A program made the translations under genes and the position numbers. From the NCBI GenBank assembly GCA_046341775.1, contig JBKDQQ010000054.1, positions 1-54,520 on the forward strand: a stretch of DNA of 54,520 bases, read 5' to 3'. Positions 49,594 through 54,520 of the stretch are shown here, one piece after another. A model generated the notes under the pieces. That model made no database searches and had not been told where the DNA came from. It saw only the letters and a program-made list of their open reading frames with translations. The DNA comes from Planctomycetia bacterium. GTDB taxonomy: Bacteria; Planctomycetota; UBA1135; GCA-002686595. How positions within the stretch are numbered: the first letter of the stretch is position 1; each line of letters starts with the position of its first letter.

Positions 49594-50910
49594 ATGCGCT
49601 TCACGCACGCCAGCGACCCGGCGCGGCGCCTCCTGCTCGGCTATTGCCTGAACCTGCATCCGGCGCGCGACCTCGAGGAGTTCATCCGGCGCACGGGTGC
49701 CGTCGCCGTGCCCTTGCGCGAGCGCCTCGGCGTGCGCGGACGCTTCGGCGTGGGTCCGTGGATGGGGGCGCAGCTCGTCGACGAGCTGCTGCGCTCGCCC
49801 GCCGCGTTGCGCCGCCTCGTCGAGTTCCTGCGCGACGAACGGCTCGAGCCCTTCACCTGGAACGCCTTTCCCTACGGCGAGTTCCACTCCGCCGGTGTGA
49901 AGGAGTCCGTCTTCGAGCCGCGCTGGAGCGATCCCGCGCGCGCCGCCTACACGCGCCAGACCGCCCAGTTGGCGCTCGAGCTGGCCGAGTTGCTCGACTC
50001 CGACGCGCCCGCGCCGCGCACTTGCGGCGACGAGCGCTTCGCCGACCCTCGCGCCCATGTCTCCATCAGCACCCACACCGGCGGCCACTCCACGCGCTGG
50101 AGCGAAGCCGACGAGGCGATGGCGTCAGGTTTGCTTGACAGCACGGCGCGCGCCCTCGCCAAGCTCTCCTTGGCCCACGGAAGGCGCGCGCGCCTCGGTC
50201 TCGAGCCGGAGCCGCGCGCGAACCTCTCCTCGCCGGCCGATCTGCGCGCGTACTGGGACCGCGTGCGCGCCGAGTTGCGCGCGCGCCCCGACGGCTTGGC
50301 GTGGCTCGCCGCATGGACGACGCACATGGGGGCCTGCCTCGACTTGTGCCACGGCGCGGTCGAGTTCGAGGACGATCCGCTGGAGCGCCTCGGCTCGAGC
50401 ACGCACGGCGGGGTGCCCATCGTCAAGGTACAGGTGACGAACGCCCTGCGCTTGGAGCATCCCGCGCAGCACCCGCGCGCCGTCGAGGCCTTGCTGGCGC
50501 TCGACGAGCCGCGCTGGCTGCACCAGACCAACGCCCGCGTCGGATCATCCGTGCTGCGCGCCGGCGATCTGCCCGAGGTGCGCGCCGCACTCGCCGGCCC
50601 GGAGCGCGAACGCTGGCTCGCCGCCGACGAGTGGCGCACCCATTTCCACGTCCCCGTCGACTTGGTGGCGGCCGAGGGCTTGTCGACGACCTTCGCCCTG
50701 ACGCGCCGTACCCTCGACCGGTTGCTCTCCACGCCGGCGGCCGAGGACCTGCACCTCGAGATCGAGACCTACACTTGGTCGGCGCTCGGCAGGCCGCTCG
50801 GTGGGGCGGACGCGAGCGCCGAAGTCGACCTCGTCGCGGGGTTGGAGCGCGAGTACCGCGCCCTGTTGCCGATCCTGGAAAGCCACGGCTGGCGTCGCGC
50901 CGACGCCTAG
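49594..50910 (+). CDS. hypothetical protein, possibly xylose-isomerase-like TIM-barrel (sugar-phosphate isomerase/epimerase) family
   Basis: 438-aa ORF with non-artefactual composition. It has weak resemblance to TIM-barrel isomerase/epimerase proteins (LGLEPEPRAN, ACLDLCH). The family assignment is tentative. Confidence 0.45.
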   Translation: MRFTHASDPARRLLLGYCLNLHPARDLEEFIRRTGAVAVPLRERLGVRGRFGVGPWMGAQLVDELLRSPAALRRLVEFLRDERLEPFTWNAFPYGEFHSAGVKESVFEPRWSDPARAAYTRQTAQLALELAELLDSDAPAPRTCGDERFADPRAHVSISTHTGGHSTRWSEADEAMASGLLDSTARALAKLSLAHGRRARLGLEPEPRANLSSPADLRAYWDRVRAELRARPDGLAWLAAWTTHMGACLDLCHGAVEFEDDPLERLGSSTHGGVPIVKVQVTNALRLEHPAQHPRAVEALLALDEPRWLHQTNARVGSSVLRAGDLPEVRAALAGPERERWLAADEWRTHFHVPVDLVAAEGLSTTFALTRRTLDRLLSTPAAEDLHLEIETYTWSALGRPLGGADASAEVDLVAGLEREYRALLPILESHGWRRADA

Positions 50911-51205
50911 GCCACGCGCCGCATCGCCGCGGCGACTCCGACGCGCTTGGGGTCCTTGGAGGAGCTCGTGTTCGGGCGCGCCGTTCCGAGCGCGGCCAGC
51001 CTCGTCGCGGCCGGGCGGGCTCTCGTTTGGGCAGCCGCCGATGCTGGTTCCGGCCTTCCGGAGGCGCGCAACCTGCTGGTTTCCCGCGCGATTCCCGCCC
51101 CCGCCAAGAACCCGCGCTGGCGATGGTTGACACGCGGGTGCCGGGACCCTATCTTCCTCGCCCTCGAACCGGTCAGCCGGGACAGGTTCGACCGACCGTA
51201 CAGGC

Positions 51206-51283
51206 GGCCCCATCGTCTAGCCCGGCCTAGGACACAAGGTTTTCATCCTTGCGACAGGGGTTCGAATCCCCTTGGGGTCACCA
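51206..51283 (+). tRNA. tRNA-Glu (anticodon UUC), CCA encoded
   Basis: GGCCCCATCGTCTAG...GGAC-A-CAAGG-TTTTCAT-CCTTG-CGAC-AGGGG-TTCGAAT-CCCCT-TGGGGTC-A-CCA. It is collinear with bacterial tRNA-Glu, and the anticodon loop reads TTTTCAT. Confidence 0.8.
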
Positions 51284-51587
51284 TCCAGCCGCCTCGGCGC
51301 CCAACAGCGCCGAGGCGGCTCCTTTTTGCGCCGGCCGCATTCCATCTGTCGGCTCCATTCCATTCGCCGGCTCCGTTCCAAGCTCCGCGCCCGACGCTGC
51401 AGCGGTCACGGCAGGGGGCGCAGTCGCTGCGCCCGGCGCCGGGCTCGTGCATGCCTCCTGGCGCTTCCATCACGATCCCCGCGCGCAGGAGCACTGTCCC
51501 GTGGCGGCGCCAGACGGATGCCGGCACCTGCTGCGCCACCGTGCGCGACGCGCAGGGGGGGGATGGCTCTCGTCCGGCCTCGGCCCG

Positions 51588-52706
51588 TCACCGATCGTCG
51601 CGCGCCACCGACTTGGATTGCGGGATGTGCCCGGCGGCGATCCAACTCGTCGCCTTCACGCGCCAGTCTTCGCCAAGGCGCTTGCCGATGACGGCGTCGA
51701 TCTCGTCGGGCGGCAGCTCGAGGTCGTCGGGCACGGGCGGCGTCGTCTTGCGCGCCAACGCCTCCCGCGCGCGTCGCAAGTCGTGCAACGCGTCGCTCAC
51801 ATCCTGCGGCGGTTGCGCCAGCAAGTAGCTCGCCATGCCGAAGGCGCGTCGCGATCCGGCGGCGTGCCACGCGCCGCGTCGACACGCCGACAACTCCAAC
51901 GGCAAGAGCGGCGCAACCGAGCCATCTTCGTCGATGCGCTTGGCGCACTCGCGCCGGATCTCGTTGCCCCACGCGCCGTGCTCGGCGCGTTGCACCGCGT
52001 CCGTGCGGTTCGGGAAGCAATGGATCTCCGCGTCGATGCGCCACTCGGCGCACCAACCGACTCCGAGCGCCAACCAATCGGGCTGCGGGCCGAAGCGGCG
52101 CTCGACCAACAGTTGCGCCAAGCGGTTCGCCATGTCGTGCTCCGCGTTCCAACGCGCGACTCCCTTGGGCTTGACCAGCACGGCGATCAAGAGCGGTTCG
52201 TACAGCACGAAGCCCGGCTTCTTCTTGGCGGTCTTGCTCCAATCCTTCAATGTCGGCTGGCGCGTGACGATGTCGTCGAGCAGCAAGCCCTGCTCCGCCT
52301 CGTCGCGCACCAGGTGCACGATGGCCGTGGGCAGGTCGCGCTCCTTGGCGGCGTCGTCCTGCGACGGCGGCGGCAGTCGCGCGTCGAACCACGCGGCGGT
52401 TTCGATGGCGGCTTCATGGCGCCGCAAGGCGCGCCTCTCCTTGGGATCCAGCACGAGCAGGAAGCGCTGCTCCGCGTCGAGCGCCGCGATCTTGCCGGTG
52501 CGTTCGCACCACGAGCGCACCTCGCCGATCGCCTTCGTCGCGGATGGCCCGATGGTCCCCGGCAAGGCGTCGAAGGCGTGCACGGAGCCTTCGTGCAGCA
52601 CGCCGCGCGCGTCGCCCGGCACGAGGGGCGGGATCTCCTCCTCGCCTTGCTTCTGGGCCTGCCCGAACGACAACGACGCCAGCGCCAACCAGATCAGCCA
52701 CGCCAT
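51588..52706 (-). CDS. hypothetical secreted protein
   Basis: Signal peptide MAWLIWLALASLSFGQA. 372 aa with normal composition and no recognised domain. Start coordinate taken from the ORF-track frame. Confidence 0.5.
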   Translation of the reverse strand: MAWLIWLALASLSFGQAQKQGEEEIPPLVPGDARGVLHEGSVHAFDALPGTIGPSATKAIGEVRSWCERTGKIAALDAEQRFLLVLDPKERRALRRHEAAIETAAWFDARLPPPSQDDAAKERDLPTAIVHLVRDEAEQGLLLDDIVTRQPTLKDWSKTAKKKPGFVLYEPLLIAVLVKPKGVARWNAEHDMANRLAQLLVERRFGPQPDWLALGVGWCAEWRIDAEIHCFPNRTDAVQRAEHGAWGNEIRRECAKRIDEDGSVAPLLPLELSACRRGAWHAAGSRRAFGMASYLLAQPPQDVSDALHDLRRAREALARKTTPPVPDDLELPPDEIDAVIGKRLGEDWRVKATSWIAAGHIPQSKSVARDDR

Positions 52707-52816
52707 GCGCACTGTTCTAACGCTTGGCGGGCGCCGAGCAACCGTCGCGTGCGGCTCCTCCCGCGTGGCCGCAGCGCTCGCACGACCAAGGCTCGAGCGC
52801 GACGCTCGTCGTCGCC

Positions 52817-53245
52817 TCATCCGAAGAACGCGCGGTGCAGCAACCGGCCGGGAGCGAAGGACAGCACCCCCGCGACGACCAACGCACCGAGGTACAAGCC
52901 CAGCATGTGGCGCTTGTGCGCTTGGATGTCGCCGCGCCGGATCGTCTGGAAGGCCATCCACGCTCCGCGCAAGGTGAGCGGCACCAGGAGGTGCAGCAAC
53001 CCGAGGCGCAGCGGCCCGACGACCACCGCGGGCCCGACTTGCGCGAGCAACCACACGGACGAGAGCGCCGCGACGACCATCAGCGCCAAGTACGCCTTGC
53101 CGACGGCGCGATGCCGCCGCCCGCCCTTCGGCGCGACGAACAACCACGCGCCCATCACGAACGCCGGCACGACCGATGCCAGGTGCACCTGGACCAGCCA
53201 AGGTGCATCGCCAAGCAGCCGCAGTCCCTCCATGGACGCCAGCAT
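52817..53245 (-). CDS. small integral membrane protein (DUF2306-like)
   Basis: Four predicted TM helices (VVPAFVMGAWLFVAP, LALMVVAALSSVWLLA, LLHLLVPLTLRGAWMAF, LYLGALVVAGVLSFAP). The start is ambiguous (MLASMEG at 53245 or upstream). Confidence 0.45.
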   Translation of the reverse strand: MLASMEGLRLLGDAPWLVQVHLASVVPAFVMGAWLFVAPKGGRRHRAVGKAYLALMVVAALSSVWLLAQVGPAVVVGPLRLGLLHLLVPLTLRGAWMAFQTIRRGDIQAHKRHMLGLYLGALVVAGVLSFAPGRLLHRAFFG

Positions 53246-53331
53246 AGGGACGCGCGACTCGCCGTCGAGACCGCGCGTCTGCGCTTTCCGACCACGCGAC
53301 AAGCGGCACGCGGCGTGCTATCCATCACCAT

Positions 53332-54393
53332 ATGCAGGCCTTCACCGCTCGCGCCATGGCCGCGTCCTCGGCCACCACCCCGCTCGCCCCGGCTTCCATC
53401 GCGCGCCGCGCGCCGCTCGCCAAGGACGTGCAGATCGAGGTGCTGTATTGCGGCATCTGCCACTCGGACATCCACCAGGCGCGCGACGAATGGCAACCCT
53501 ACATGCCGACGGCCTACCCGTGCGTGCCCGGGCACGAGATCGTCGGCCGCGTCGCCAAGACCGGCGCCTCGGCCACCAAGTTCAAGGTGGGCGAGCTCGT
53601 CGCGGTCGGTTGCATGGTCGACTCGTGCCGCGTCTGCTCCGGTTGCAAGGCGGGGGAGGAACAGTTCTGCGACGGGCCCGCGACCTTCACCTACAACGGA
53701 CCGGACAAGCACCTCGGTGGCGTGACCCATGGTGGCTACTCGGAGGCCATCGTCGTCGACGAGGACTTCGTGTTGCGCCTGCCGAACGGGCTGGATCCCG
53801 CGCGCGCAGCACCGCTCGTGTGCGCCGGCATCACGACGTACTCGCCGTTGCGCCATTGGAAGGTCGGTCCCGGCCACAAGGTCGGCGTCGTCGGCCTCGG
53901 CGGCCTCGGCCACATGGCCGTCAAGTTCGCGCGCGCCTTCGGAGCGCAGGTGGTCGTGTTCACGACCAGTCCCGCCAAGGTCGCCGAAGCGCAGCGCCTC
54001 GGCGCGCACGCGACGGTGGTCTCCACGGACGCCGCGCAGATGGCCGCGCACCTCGCGAGCTTCGACTTCATCCTCGACACGGTCTCCGCGCCGCACGACC
54101 TCAACGCCTACCTCGAACTGCTCAAGCTGGACGGCACGATGACGCTCGTCGGCGCGCCCGCCACGCCGATTCCGCTGGGCGTGTTCAGCCTGCTGTTCCG
54201 CCGCCGCCAACTGGCCGGATCCATCATCGGCGGCATCCGCGAGACGCAGGAGATGCTCGATTTTTGCGCGCTGCACCACATCGAGGCCGACATCGAGCTG
54301 ATCCCCGCGCAACGCATCAACGAGGCCTATTCGCGCATCGTGAAGAACGATGTGAAGTATCGGTTCGTGATCGACATGAAGACGCTGGGGTAG
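53332..54393 (+). CDS. zinc-dependent NAD(P)-alcohol dehydrogenase (YahK/cinnamyl-alcohol-dehydrogenase-like)
   Basis: YCGICHSDIHQ, PCVPGHEIVGRV, GCMVDSCRVCSGCKAGEEQFC (structural Zn Cys cluster), GVVGLGGLGHMAVKFA (Rossmann), MLDFCALHHIEADIE. From memory it is collinear with E. coli YahK over its full length. Confidence 0.85.
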   Translation: MQAFTARAMAASSATTPLAPASIARRAPLAKDVQIEVLYCGICHSDIHQARDEWQPYMPTAYPCVPGHEIVGRVAKTGASATKFKVGELVAVGCMVDSCRVCSGCKAGEEQFCDGPATFTYNGPDKHLGGVTHGGYSEAIVVDEDFVLRLPNGLDPARAAPLVCAGITTYSPLRHWKVGPGHKVGVVGLGGLGHMAVKFARAFGAQVVVFTTSPAKVAEAQRLGAHATVVSTDAAQMAAHLASFDFILDTVSAPHDLNAYLELLKLDGTMTLVGAPATPIPLGVFSLLFRRRQLAGSIIGGIRETQEMLDFCALHHIEADIELIPAQRINEAYSRIVKNDVKYRFVIDMKTLG

Positions 54394-54520
54394 GGGAGAT
54401 GATGCTGGTCCCGTTCATTGTGCGCGACGAGAGTCCAAGAATCGGCTGGACTGCGCTCGACGGCACGCCAGCGAGCGTTCATTGACCAATAGGGCTCTTG
54501 GTGCCCGACCCTGCCGAGGG

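Overview
This is a 54.5 kb window of very GC-rich (about 70%) bacterial chromosome with dense coding on both strands. The organism appears Gram-negative, because lpxB is present. Most start codons lack a recognisable Shine-Dalgarno sequence (as in Planctomycetota; Myxococcota or Gemmatimonadota cannot be excluded from sequence alone). I support about 47 CDS, 2 tRNAs (tRNA-Lys UUU and tRNA-Glu UUC), one compound minisatellite and one strong RNA/DNA hairpin. I found no CRISPR array, no rRNA, and no transposase or integrase.

Housekeeping blocks:
- lepB and an SDR oxidoreductase.
- lpxB - ECF sigma - anti-sigma - ybjQ.
- two ABC-2 transporter pairs.
- a chaperone block on the minus strand: dnaJ - grpE - an fmdB-like zinc ribbon - two tandem groEL genes with no groES.
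- rpsB - tsf - pyrH - frr.
- pepP - flotillin - NfeD, and a Bax inhibitor-1/YccA-like protein nearby.
- a zinc-type alcohol dehydrogenase.

Less ordinary content:
- a MamK-family actin-like ATPase gene immediately preceded by a degenerate-GGDEF coiled-coil protein. This is the best candidate for an undescribed cytoskeletal module.
- a small atypical protein-kinase-like gene divergent from an ABC transporter.
- a translationally coupled operon of a lipoprotein plus two paralogous HExxH/TPR proteins (DUF1570-like), divergent from two tandem ~1010-aa paralogs built from carboxypeptidase-regulatory-like repeats.
- two paralogous sulfatase-like lipoproteins in which Thr replaces the formylglycine Cys, flanking tRNA-Lys.
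- a 460-bp repeat-rich convergent intergenic region containing a 12-mer/10-mer minisatellite.
- a roughly 600-bp leader upstream of rpsB containing a perfect 11-bp-arm hairpin.

The many long Arg/Ala-rich ORFs in the six-frame track are antisense or frame artefacts of the high GC content. I rejected them.
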